This document shows positions 54,207 to 63,210 of a stretch of DNA of 64,000 bases, in pieces (position 1 is the first letter of the stretch; the number at the start of each line of letters is the position of its first letter). Source of the DNA: a bacterium (GTDB taxonomy: Bacteria > Patescibacteriota > Doudnabacteria > UBA920); contig JAKAGU010000004.1 of assembly GCA_021825655.1 (NCBI GenBank), positions 11,599 to 75,598 on the forward strand, written 5' to 3'. The notes under the pieces are model-generated. The model made no database searches and had not been told where the DNA came from. It was given only the letters and a program-made list of their open reading frames with translations. The position numbers and the translations under genes are program-made.

Positions 54207-56069
54207 TTACCTGATATACGGGTCGCCCTGGGACATGTTTTCCAAATCCTTGTCAGGAATGCTAAAAATCGAAAAAACGTTCAAGCCTTTTTCCGTGAAA
54301 AAGCCGTAGTTCATGGGATGCAAAACACCCGCCACTGTCCAATACACAGTCCGGTTTTTATACCCCCTGACGATAGTCCCGTCGGTCGGCGGCAAAAAAG
54401 AGCTGGTCACCCAGGAATTAAACTCGGGATAATCCACGGTATTAACCGCCTGAAAACTAAAACCCCTCTGTTTAAACACGTCATAGGTTATAGGCATCTT
54501 CTGCCCTGCATTAATAAGGTAAACCGCAGGCTGGCTGGACAGCTTAATTAGCGTGCCGTCGTCCGGTGTCACATAGGGCCCTTCGGGAAAATTATCAAGC
54601 AATTGCGCGCTCACGGTTTTTACCGGCGTGCCTGAAAACCGGCGGTTCATCACAAACGGAGACACGGGTCGCTTCTTCCCGCCGGAAATTTGGTAAACCA
54701 GGCCGGCGTCCGCCAGCTTGACCAAATCCCCTTCCTTCAACTCGTTAATTGCCAAAGAACCGGACAGGCTGCGGGGCACATTAATCCGGCCGGCCCCCAA
54801 AAGTCCGCGGCAGGAAAGTCCGCCGCACTGGGAAAGATTTTGGCTGTCTACGGAATCGGCAGTGGTGATTATTTTATCACGGATCTGGATATTGGTGGCA
54901 TTTGGAAAAACGGTTTTTATCAAAGCCGCCTGGCCGACAACGAACGGAACAGCCAGAGAGGTGCCGGAAGCATAGGCGTAAGAGTTAGGCGCATATTTTT
55001 TTGAAATGGGGTCGTGGTTAATAGTGGACAGTATGCGTTTGCCCGGGGCCACAACATCAATGCAATTTTTGCCGTAATTGGAAAAGCTTGGCTTAATATC
55101 ATTCTGGTCAACGGCGGCCACGCCGATAATCATATTCTGGTTGTTGTCGTCACAAATCGGAAATACGGGTTCAGTATCCAGGCTATGGCCTTCGGTGGCC
55201 ACGTCATTGCCCGCCGCAGCCACAATTACCAGGCCTTTTTTAAAGGCGTAATCGATGGAGTTCGCCAGAACCGTGTCATGCGCAAAGCCAATGCCCCCGA
55301 TGCTTAAGTTGATAAAACCCGCGCCGTGGTCTGCGGCCCAGACAATCGCCTCTGAGATCGTGGCCGCATCGCCCTTGCCCGACCCATCCAGGGCTTTTAA
55401 GGGCATAATGCTGATCTGCCAATTGGTGCCCGCTATCCCCAAATTATTATTAACTGCGGCGCCCAAAATTCCCGCCACCAGAGTGCCGTGGCCATTGTCA
55501 TCGGAATTGACCCGTCCCGAAATATCCTGGCGCGCCAAAAAATCAAAGCCCTTTACAAAAGTTATGGCCTGCAAATCTTCATGCGTCGCATCCACGCCCG
55601 TATCCACCACAGCCACGACATTGTCGCGGCTTCCGGTTACCACATTCCACACCTCGGGAAAGCCGGCTTTTTCCAAACCCCACTGCTTGTCAATGTCGGA
55701 AGTGTTGAGGGTAAAGCCCGGGTCGTTTACCGATACGGCTTGTTCGTCAAACGGGCTGACCGGTTCCAAATAATCGTATTGCCCGGAAAAATCCTGGCGC
55801 AGCTCCTTTGTTTCGCAGGCGCATTTAAAAGAATAGATATTCTGAAAATCCGCTGAGTTCGTGCCCGTAAAGCGCTGCTGGTAATTTTTATCCAGGCTTC
55901 CTAGCATTCCGGCAGCGGCTGCAGAGGCTTTAAATTTTACCAAAAACTCGCGGTTTTGCGGCAACGGGGCATATGCAAAAGCCGCGCTCGCGGGGAAAAC
56001 CGCCGCCACAAGCGCCGCCAACAGGCTGAGTGAAATGAATAAAAATTTTATTCCGCCCTTTAACTGCAT
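54207..56069 (-). CDS. Secreted S8 (subtilisin-like) protease with three ~59-aa repeats
   Basis: Signal peptide; VVDTG, NGHGT, AAGN, SGTSLA; C-terminal EGDLVK, DDGTLIK, TDGTIVR repeats. Confidence 0.92.
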   Translation of the reverse strand: MQLKGGIKFLFISLSLLAALVAAVFPASAAFAYAPLPQNREFLVKFKASAAAAGMLGSLDKNYQQRFTGTNSADFQNIYSFKCACETKELRQDFSGQYDYLEPVSPFDEQAVSVNDPGFTLNTSDIDKQWGLEKAGFPEVWNVVTGSRDNVVAVVDTGVDATHEDLQAITFVKGFDFLARQDISGRVNSDDNGHGTLVAGILGAAVNNNLGIAGTNWQISIMPLKALDGSGKGDAATISEAIVWAADHGAGFINLSIGGIGFAHDTVLANSIDYAFKKGLVIVAAAGNDVATEGHSLDTEPVFPICDDNNQNMIIGVAAVDQNDIKPSFSNYGKNCIDVVAPGKRILSTINHDPISKKYAPNSYAYASGTSLAVPFVVGQAALIKTVFPNATNIQIRDKIITTADSVDSQNLSQCGGLSCRGLLGAGRINVPRSLSGSLAINELKEGDLVKLADAGLVYQISGGKKRPVSPFVMNRRFSGTPVKTVSAQLLDNFPEGPYVTPDDGTLIKLSSQPAVYLINAGQKMPITYDVFKQRGFSFQAVNTVDYPEFNSWVTSSFLPPTDGTIVRGYKNRTVYWTVAGVLHPMNYGFFTEKGLNVFSIFSIPDKDLENMSQGDPYIR

Positions 56070-56085
56070 CAGTCTATTTAAAGAT

Positions 56086-56805
56086 TTACTTATATTTGCC
56101 TGTCCAGAGATTCAACCGCACCTGTACAACCTCCAGCAGCATGCTGACCATTCCGCCAAACTTAACATGGCTTTCCGCATCGTTAACCCAGCGCACAGGC
56201 ACTTCCTTAATTTTGTATTTTCGCCTGCGGGCCAGAGCCAAAATTTCCACGTCAAAAGCCCAACGGTAAATACTCTGTTTGGGGAAAATTGTTTCCGCCG
56301 CCTGCCTACTGAATGCCTTAAAGCCGCATTGTGAATCCGTCACGCCAACGGGCACCAAGGTATGGACGATAAGACGGAAAACCCCGCCCAAAAAATCCCT
56401 AATCCATGGCTGCTTTACGGCAATATCCGAACCGGCAATCCTTCTGGAACCCACCACCAAGTCAAAACCCTGTTCAAAAAATGGCAGCATTTTTACCACC
56501 TCTTCCACGCGGGTGGAATTATCCGCATCCATAAAAAGCCTAATGTCCCCGGTCGCTTTCAGCATCCCTTGTTTGGTTACCCAGCCTTTGCCGTGGTTTT
56601 CCTGGTTATCCACCAAGGTTAAATTGGGGATTTTCTTCTCGTATTCAGCCACGACCGCAGCCGTGCGGTCTTTGGAACCGTCGTTCACCACCAAAATTTC
56701 GGTTGGGTAGGTTTGCTTCTGCAAAAACTCGCTTACAGCAGCCAAAGTTTTGCCGATTCTGTGCTCCTCGTTATAAGCGGGAATGACGACGGATAATTTT
56801 TTCAT
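56086..56805 (-). CDS. GT2 polyprenol-phosphate glycosyltransferase (DPM1/ALG5-like)
   Basis: VVIPAYNEE, NDGSKD, NHGKG, FMDAD, DSQCGFK, WAFDVE. Confidence 0.88.
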   Translation of the reverse strand: MKKLSVVIPAYNEEHRIGKTLAAVSEFLQKQTYPTEILVVNDGSKDRTAAVVAEYEKKIPNLTLVDNQENHGKGWVTKQGMLKATGDIRLFMDADNSTRVEEVVKMLPFFEQGFDLVVGSRRIAGSDIAVKQPWIRDFLGGVFRLIVHTLVPVGVTDSQCGFKAFSRQAAETIFPKQSIYRWAFDVEILALARRRKYKIKEVPVRWVNDAESHVKFGGMVSMLLEVVQVRLNLWTGKYK

Positions 56806-56849
56806 ATTTTTTTATTAATTAAGTCTAATTATAACACAAAAGCCAGCCA

Positions 56850-56884
56850 AATAAAAATCCGCCCAAAATCTTTTTTTGAGCGGA
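56850..56884 (-). terminator. Terminator after galE
   Basis: TCCGCTCAAAA..TTTTGGGCGGA-TTTTTATTT on the minus strand. Confidence 0.65.
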
Positions 56885-56893
56885 AAATCTTTC

Positions 56894-58075
56894 TTAGTTT
56901 TGTTTAAATTGTTTCCAGGCGGTCTCGATAATTGTTTGCAAATTACTGTGCGTAGGCTCAAACCCCAGAAGCGTTTTGGCCTTGCGCGGGTCGGCAATCA
57001 GCAAATCCGCATCCCCCGCGCGACGAACGCCTATCTCCATAGGAATCATGCGGTTTAACACCTCCGCGGTTGCGTTAATCATCTCAAGTACGCTGTAGCC
57101 CCGGCCGGTGCCTATATTAAAAACCTCAAAACCCGCAGACTGGGACAGAAACTTTAAACCCAGCTCATGCGCCTGGGCAATATCCAAAACGTGTACAAAA
57201 TCGCGCACGCAGGTGCCGTCCGGCGTGGCATAATCGTTGCCGTTAACCTGGATCTGCGCCTTGTCCCCATTGGCAACCTCTAGTATGTTGGGTATCAGAT
57301 GCGAAGCGTGTGTTGGCTTTATCAGCCCGTCAAAATCGCAGCCGCAGGCATTAAAGTACCTGAAAACAATCGCCGCCACACCCGAATACTTAGAGTGATA
57401 CTCGATAATTTTTTCCGCCACAAACTTGCTGTGCCCGTAAGGATTACCGGGGCTGACCGGGGACTCTTCCGAAAGCGGTCTGCCTCCGGCCGGATCATAC
57501 AGCGCGCAAGTGGAGGAAAAAACAATTTTTTTAACCCCGAACTCATGCATCACCGAAAGCAACTTGGAAGTGTTGATGGCATTGTTCTCCAAATACCTTT
57601 CCGGCTGCCTTACGGACTCTTCGACTTCTATGCTGGCTGCCAGATGCATTACGGCTTCAAACTGGTTGGAAGCAAATACGTCCCTGACAAAGTTCATGTC
57701 AGCCAAGTCGCCTTCATAAAAAACTGCGCCTGAGGGCACGTTTTCCCGTTTGCCGGTGGAAAGGTTGTCCAGAACCGCGACTTGGTGGCCGCTGGCCAAA
57801 AGTTTTCTGGCCACATGGGAACCAATATAACCCGCCCCGCCCGTAACCAGAATTTTTTTGCCTTGGGTTGCGGCCGGGCTGGCCGGGGAAATCTGTTCAA
57901 CCTGGGGCGCCGCGGCTTTGGACACGGACTCTTCCGCAGGCAGGCCGCCCACCAAAGCGTTGTACTTATCAATGGTTAAAACCACAACCGCGGGCTTATT
58001 GTCCAGATTCAGAATCAACCCGCCGTCCCGCTGTCTGGCTTCGGAAATTAACTCTTGCAAATATTGGTTATCCAT
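56894..58075 (-). CDS. galE: UDP-glucose 4-epimerase with N-terminal Phd/YefM-like domain
   Basis: TGGAGYIGSH, HLAA..VEES, FSST, YGHSK, RYFN, DGTCVRDFVHV; about 70 extra N-terminal residues from ATG 58075. Confidence 0.92.
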   Translation of the reverse strand: MDNQYLQELISEARQRDGGLILNLDNKPAVVVLTIDKYNALVGGLPAEESVSKAAAPQVEQISPASPAATQGKKILVTGGAGYIGSHVARKLLASGHQVAVLDNLSTGKRENVPSGAVFYEGDLADMNFVRDVFASNQFEAVMHLAASIEVEESVRQPERYLENNAINTSKLLSVMHEFGVKKIVFSSTCALYDPAGGRPLSEESPVSPGNPYGHSKFVAEKIIEYHSKYSGVAAIVFRYFNACGCDFDGLIKPTHASHLIPNILEVANGDKAQIQVNGNDYATPDGTCVRDFVHVLDIAQAHELGLKFLSQSAGFEVFNIGTGRGYSVLEMINATAEVLNRMIPMEIGVRRAGDADLLIADPRKAKTLLGFEPTHSNLQTIIETAWKQFKQN

Positions 58076-58129
58076 AAATATTGCCTTTGCGCCAACTTTT
58101 AAGGCAAAGCCGGCGCTTAAAGTCCTAAC

Positions 58130-58168
58130 AACAAACCACAGCACAAATATATTCGGCTGTGGTTTGTT
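58130..58168. repeat. 13-bp inverted repeat in the galE leader
   Basis: AACAAACCACAGC-N13-GCTGTGGTTTGTT. Confidence 0.8.
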
Positions 58169-58184
58169 TTTGATTTATAAATTT

Positions 58185-58212
58185 ATGTTAACACACCCGG
58201 TAAGGATGTCAA
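58185..58212 (-). promoter_or_regulatory. Probable promoter of galE
   Basis: TTGACA, 16 bp, TAACAT with TG extension. Confidence 0.55.
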
Positions 58213-58268
58213 ATACAGTCTTATGGGGTGGGAAGATATGTTATCCCTGCCTTTTTACCTGGCTAACA

Positions 58269-58302
58269 AATAACCCGCCCCGGAAAACCGGGGCGGGTTA
58301 TT
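58269..58302 (-). terminator. Strong terminator hairpin after the large surface-protein gene
   Basis: AATAACCCGCCCCGG-AAAA-CCGGGGCGGGTTATT. Confidence 0.85.
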
Positions 58303-58316
58303 GTAAAGACAGCGGC

Positions 58317-61300
58317 TTAGCTAAACAGGGCTCTTAGCGCCTTGGCAGCCAAGTCGCGGCGGCGGAAGAGCGCAAAGCTGGCGCTGGACAAACCGCCGAA
58401 AACGAAGGCCAAGGAATCAGCGCCGGTTTTTGGAGCCACAAAGGCGCCTAAAACCTGCTGCTGGGGCTGATTAATTCTGACACTTACGGTATTGCCGTAA
58501 GTATTGGACATCAAATAGGTAACCCCGGAAGAAATAGAATACTTTATCCTCACCCGGAAGCTCTTAGAAACGCTGCCTCCGGCCGGAATGGTCAAACCCT
58601 GGAAGTTGATAGTATTGCCGGATAATTGGCCGCCTCCGTTATCGGAAAGGTCAGCGTAAGGCAACACCTGGGACAAATCGTCGCTGATTACAAAATTGGT
58701 AGCCGGCGTATTGCCATTATTGCTTACTGTCAGGGTGTAAGTGATATAATCTTCGCTGCTGGCAGTGACCAGCGTGGCATCCGAATTCTTGGTATCGTTA
58801 AAGCCGCGCTTGGAATAAGCCAGGTTAACATTACCGCCGGCCACTGAACCGGACACGAATACCCAGGCATCGTCCTGCACCTGGCTGACCGAATCGCCGC
58901 TCACGCTCGCGGTGTTTCTGATGCTGTCTCCCGAATTCCCCGTAACGCGAGCCTGGAAAGTCATAGTGCGGGAATCATTGGCATACAGGGTGCCGATGTA
59001 GTAATCGTTGTTGCCGGTAAAGTTGCCGGAAACCCAAGATAAACCGCTCGGCAGATAATCCGTAACCCGGACATTATTCACGGGCTGATTGCCGGTGTTG
59101 CGCACCACAATCTGGAACTCCACAGTGTCATTATTGTTGGCGGACACGCTCTTCTGGAAGCTGCCGTAGTTGTTCCGCACGGTCTTGCTAATGGACAGCT
59201 GGCGGAATTCGTTGGAAGGCACCGTATTGCCGTTCTGGATGTAATAGAAGTAGTTATTCGTAGTTGTGGTGTTGGTGGTATTGGTTGTATTCGTGGTATT
59301 GGTGGTGTTTGTAGTATTGGTGGTATTAGTGGTGTTGCAGGAATTGTTGACGCAATTATTATAATTGCCCGGGTTCACCGGGGCAGCCGGGATATAGGCC
59401 ACCGCTGACACCAAAATAGTGTTGCAGTCCGCATCAATCATGTAGAAAGAATGCGTGCTGCCAGCAGCCAGGTTGCTTACGGTATAGCTGCCGGTGCTGC
59501 CGCCTGTGGCAATGACGTTGCTGGAGCTGTCCTGGGCAAGTTTAATCTGATGGTTGCCGGTAGAAGTCCAGTTTACCGTCAGAGAATAGGTGTCGTTATT
59601 TTTTACCGGCGTGCCCAGATTCAGCGCATAGTTAGTGTTGCTAATGCACTGTGTCTGCTCGTCTTGCCTGACAATCAGAGTATCCAACAAACCGCCGCAG
59701 GAAGAAATATCATAGAGCCGGAATTCATAAGTTAGGTTGGGCTTAATACCTGTTACATCGCGGCTGCCCGAAGCCATCGCAGAGCTGACCAGTGTATGTT
59801 CCTGGCCGTCTTCCGGGTCCAGGTAAGTCAGCTTAACCGGATTACTGCCGGAGAAGGAATAGAACAACGTACCGCGGTAGGTGCCGTCGCTGTTTTTCAC
59901 CAATGCGCCCCGGGTCAGGTCGGCGCTCTTGTTGATTTCACAAACCGGATTACCCGGATTGACCTGCGTATAACAGCTGGCTGTCTGGCTGCCGCTCTGC
60001 ACGGTCACGGTTTTCTGGCCGGTTGTGCTGTAAACGGTGCTAAAATTGGTTCCGCTGCCGCTGCCCGGATTGCCGCTGCCTGCTGTCCAGGTGTAAAAAC
60101 CCGTACCGCCGGTGGCGGAAAAATAGGCAGTATTGCCTACTGTTACAGGGCTATTTAAAGCCGAACAGGACAACTGGACTACCGGAGGCCTGACGGTCAC
60201 AATCGGACAATAGGCAAACTTGCTGCCGCTTATAACCTTAACCTGTTTGGAACCGGACGAAACATAGCGGGTAACAAAATCCGTCTGGCTGCTCGCGCTC
60301 TGAGTCGCGGGGTTGCCGTCCGGCGCATTAAAGGCAAATGTGCCGTTGCCGCCCGAAGCGCGGAAGGTTACGGGCTGGTTAATATCGACAACAGAGCTGC
60401 CGACAATATCACACTGCACGTCATTGGGCTGCACTTGGTTAACCACCACAGCCGGACAATCCACGGACTGGTTGCCGCTTGTCACCCTCACGGTCTTGGT
60501 GCCAGAAACGGCATAAGAAGTGTTAAAGTTCGCCCCGCTGCCGCTGCCCGGATTACCGTCGTTCGCAATCCAGGAATAAGTGCCGGTGCCGCCAGTGGCC
60601 GAAAACATGGCCGCCTGGTTGGTGTTAACATTCGGCGTCAGGGTCTGACAAACCAAAGTCGGCGTAACGGGCGTACAATCCTTTACAATAAAATTAACGC
60701 TCTTTCTCACGCCATCGATGTTGGCTTCTTTGCGCCAGGAACCAATCTGGTCAGCGCGCCAGGCTGTGCCCAGCTGAGTCCAGTAGCCCTGGTTATTCAA
60801 ATACAGGCCGTAGTCGGTATCGACTTCGCCGGTGGAAGCGCCGTTAAAGAAGGAGCTCCACAAGATTTTTTTGCCGGCCATGGCGGGGCTGGAAGTGATG
60901 GTGTACTGGGTGCCTTCGCCCACGCAGAATTCGGTTTTGTTGATGGTAAAATTGTAGTCAACCGGAGTGCCGCCGCAGGAAAGATCCGGAACCAAAAGCT
61001 GCTTCCGGGCCAATTCAGAGTGCTGGCCGTTCGTGGTGTTGTACATAATGTACAAATAGGTGTGGTTCGGGGTCAGCCAGGGGGTATCGGCATGGCCGTT
61101 GATATCGCGGGCCAAAATCTGGGTGGCCGTATTATCGGTAATATCCTGCACGGTAATTTCCGCATCAGTCACATCGGAAGAGTTGGTCCAGTCCACCGTG
61201 CCGGTCCTAAGACACTGCGAACCAATCTGGCCGCCGGCAGAGGCGGTCAGGGTGTTTTGGCCGGTGGGCGCGGTTTTTACCACGCGGACGGTAAACACGA

Positions 61301-61958
61301 TAAATTTGCTGTATTTAAAACAGCCGTTTAAGTCATTCAAATGGGCTACTACGGCCGGCTCGCCGTTCTGGGTGCTCAGCGAAACGCTGCCCGCGCTGCT
61401 GTCATAGTTGCCGAACCAGTCTTCGAAGTGCTGGCTGCCGGGAACAATCTGGAGTTTTTCGTCGCTGGCCGTGGTAATGTTAATCGCGCCGGTAATGCTG
61501 CCTGCGTTGCTGCTGGTTACAGTCGTACCGATTACGTGGTTAGGCTCGGCATTATCATTTACTGTAATCACCGCGTTTATATTCTGCGCATAACCGTTGC
61601 CTTCGGCAGTGCCGTTATGCACATACGACCAGACGTCAAAAGTCTGCCCGTCAGAAGCGCTGACTTGCTGGGTCCTTTGGCCGTTATATACTGCGAGCAA
61701 GGACGGAAAATCGTGGCAGGGATCCTGGCCGGCATTAAAAGAAGTCGGAAACGGGTTAAGTGTCGGCACAGACGGCGCGTTATCGCACACCACTTCGCCC
61801 TGCGCAGACAGCCGCGGGTCATTTGCCCTGGGCGCCAACGCAAAAACCGCGGCCGTCACAACGAACAAAACCGCGGCCGTGGTGTGGCCGACTTTTTTCA
61901 AACTCATGTTCTTGGCCACAGCTTTGGCTTGGCCAATAATTCCGATTAACTGGTTCAT
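58317..61958 (-). CDS. Large surface protein: Cys-paired Ig/PKD-like repeats, two DUF11 domains, C-terminal sortase signal
   Basis: N-terminal signal/TM; three repeats C..FSATGG.G.Y.W..GNP..G.K.V.V.SG..C; LSISK..NTG..VTDYLP DUF11; APKTG + hydrophobic segment + RRR. Confidence 0.85.
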   Translation of the reverse strand: MNQLIGIIGQAKAVAKNMSLKKVGHTTAAVLFVVTAAVFALAPRANDPRLSAQGEVVCDNAPSVPTLNPFPTSFNAGQDPCHDFPSLLAVYNGQRTQQVSASDGQTFDVWSYVHNGTAEGNGYAQNINAVITVNDNAEPNHVIGTTVTSSNAGSITGAINITTASDEKLQIVPGSQHFEDWFGNYDSSAGSVSLSTQNGEPAVVAHLNDLNGCFKYSKFIVFTVRVVKTAPTGQNTLTASAGGQIGSQCLRTGTVDWTNSSDVTDAEITVQDITDNTATQILARDINGHADTPWLTPNHTYLYIMYNTTNGQHSELARKQLLVPDLSCGGTPVDYNFTINKTEFCVGEGTQYTITSSPAMAGKKILWSSFFNGASTGEVDTDYGLYLNNQGYWTQLGTAWRADQIGSWRKEANIDGVRKSVNFIVKDCTPVTPTLVCQTLTPNVNTNQAAMFSATGGTGTYSWIANDGNPGSGSGANFNTSYAVSGTKTVRVTSGNQSVDCPAVVVNQVQPNDVQCDIVGSSVVDINQPVTFRASGGNGTFAFNAPDGNPATQSASSQTDFVTRYVSSGSKQVKVISGSKFAYCPIVTVRPPVVQLSCSALNSPVTVGNTAYFSATGGTGFYTWTAGSGNPGSGSGTNFSTVYSTTGQKTVTVQSGSQTASCYTQVNPGNPVCEINKSADLTRGALVKNSDGTYRGTLFYSFSGSNPVKLTYLDPEDGQEHTLVSSAMASGSRDVTGIKPNLTYEFRLYDISSCGGLLDTLIVRQDEQTQCISNTNYALNLGTPVKNNDTYSLTVNWTSTGNHQIKLAQDSSSNVIATGGSTGSYTVSNLAAGSTHSFYMIDADCNTILVSAVAYIPAAPVNPGNYNNCVNNSCNTTNTTNTTNTTNTTNTTNTTNTTTTNNYFYYIQNGNTVPSNEFRQLSISKTVRNNYGSFQKSVSANNNDTVEFQIVVRNTGNQPVNNVRVTDYLPSGLSWVSGNFTGNNDYYIGTLYANDSRTMTFQARVTGNSGDSIRNTASVSGDSVSQVQDDAWVFVSGSVAGGNVNLAYSKRGFNDTKNSDATLVTASSEDYITYTLTVSNNGNTPATNFVISDDLSQVLPYADLSDNGGGQLSGNTINFQGLTIPAGGSVSKSFRVRIKYSISSGVTYLMSNTYGNTVSVRINQPQQQVLGAFVAPKTGADSLAFVFGGLSSASFALFRRRDLAAKALRALFS
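59265..59336 (-). repeat. (Asn-Thr-Thr)8 coding tandem repeat
   Basis: AAC ACC ACT AAT ACC ACC AAT ACT ACA ...; 9-bp units with synonymous variation. Confidence 0.9.
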
Positions 61959-62044
61959 AAATACCTTTAATGCCTGTTACTTTGCCCGTCTAATGGGAAA
62001 AATAAAAGGGTTTAAACAAATAAGTTTTTACTTATTAACCTCAA

Positions 62045-62073
62045 ACTATACACCAAAAATAGGTTTTTGTCAA
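62045..62073 (-). promoter_or_regulatory. Sigma70 promoter of the surface-protein gene
   Basis: TTGACA, 17 bp, TATAGT. Confidence 0.75.
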
Positions 62074-62268
62074 GACTTACTCAAAATTTTTGCCTTGATT
62101 AAGCCAAAAAATAATAACTTTTGGCCTAAATTTAAGTAAAAATTCATATTATTTTAACATTTTGCGCTGTTCCTATCAATTCAATCTTCAATCTGTATTT
62201 TTGGTCTGGTGCGGGGAGGAAAATATGCTTTTGGCAAATCCCCCTCCCCGACCTTTAGCGTTGAATCG

Positions 62269-63210
62269 TTACGGTCTACCGGGCACCCAATACTTGATGT
62301 TGGCTGCCCCGCCACCCGGCAAGGCAAAGTAAATGCCCGCACCGGCAGCCAAACAGCCGACTTTCTCAATGGTGCCGGGAAGGCTCCAATTCTTGATGTC
62401 GACTGTCCACGCGTAGAGGCAGTTCAGTCCCGGCAAGTAAAACAGCCAGAACCGGCCTTTTTTGTCGAGCTTAACCGTACCCACGCAGATGACTTCGTGA
62501 CCCTCGCTATCGTGGGTTTTGAAGGCAATCTGGTGCTCGCCTTTGCCCGCCAGTTTCAGCAGGCGGCTATGCGAGACCAAAATGCTGGAGCCGATACCAA
62601 GCGGTTTGCCGTCAATGCTCCACTCGCCGGAGGCATACCCATCGGTCACTTTGCTGGTGAGCCTAATGATCTTGCTCTTGGGATTGAGCTCGATCACCAT
62701 CTCACACGTCGGGCAAGTGTGCTTGGGCACTTCGGCTGCAGGCGGCGGCACCGGAGCGGGTTCGGGTTCCGGCGGCGGTTGCCTGCGGACCACGGGCGGA
62801 ATTGGGGCGGGCGGCTCAGGCTGCGGCGGCAGAAAGACCTCGAAGATCTCATTGCCGCACCGGCCGTCAGCCACGACCTTACCGCCCTGCGTGAAGAGCG
62901 GCGTGTTGGCAGGCATTCTGATAATACGATGCCCCATGGCAGTTTGTTCCCGAGCGCACACATCAAAGGGGTAGCTTATCACCCCGGCTTCGTGGTTCTC
63001 GAGTCTTTCTTGCCAGGCGCCGAGGCGCGTGGTGTCGCGCGGTTCGTAAACCTTGAACGCCGGGGCCGCAAGGCAGGCCGACCCTTCCGTGAAGAAAGTC
63101 GGCGTGTGAATATCGGCCTGCGGGTCGTACTTGGTATAGGTTTGCTGCCCCCACGCGATTGCGCCGAAGACAACGGAAAAGACCACGAGCATCAAAACGA
63201 TTCTTTTCAT
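62269..63210 (-). CDS. Secreted Pro-rich, Cys-containing hypothetical protein
   Basis: GAGGAGG SD before ATG 63210; signal MKRIVLMLVVFSVVFGAIAWG; PPQPEPPAP linker; hydrophobic C-terminus. Confidence 0.7.
   Translation of the reverse strand: MKRIVLMLVVFSVVFGAIAWGQQTYTKYDPQADIHTPTFFTEGSACLAAPAFKVYEPRDTTRLGAWQERLENHEAGVISYPFDVCAREQTAMGHRIIRMPANTPLFTQGGKVVADGRCGNEIFEVFLPPQPEPPAPIPPVVRRQPPPEPEPAPVPPPAAEVPKHTCPTCEMVIELNPKSKIIRLTSKVTDGYASGEWSIDGKPLGIGSSILVSHSRLLKLAGKGEHQIAFKTHDSEGHEVICVGTVKLDKKGRFWLFYLPGLNCLYAWTVDIKNWSLPGTIEKVGCLAAGAGIYFALPGGGAANIKYWVPGRP

Noticed and set aside
57950-58075. Classical toxin-antitoxin operon
   Set aside because: No adjacent toxin ORF; the domain is in frame with GalE
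58081-58125. c-di-GMP-I riboswitch (GGCAAA/GCAAAG words) or H-type pseudoknot
   Set aside because: No GAAA tetraloop/receptor arrangement in the mRNA orientation; a 1-nt linker is too short to span the 11-bp stem
59265-59336. CRISPR array or contingency microsatellite
   Set aside because: In-frame 9-bp degenerate coding repeat without spacers
62176-62194. Short TCAAT(CT) tandem
   Set aside because: Three short copies in AT-rich DNA; compatible with chance
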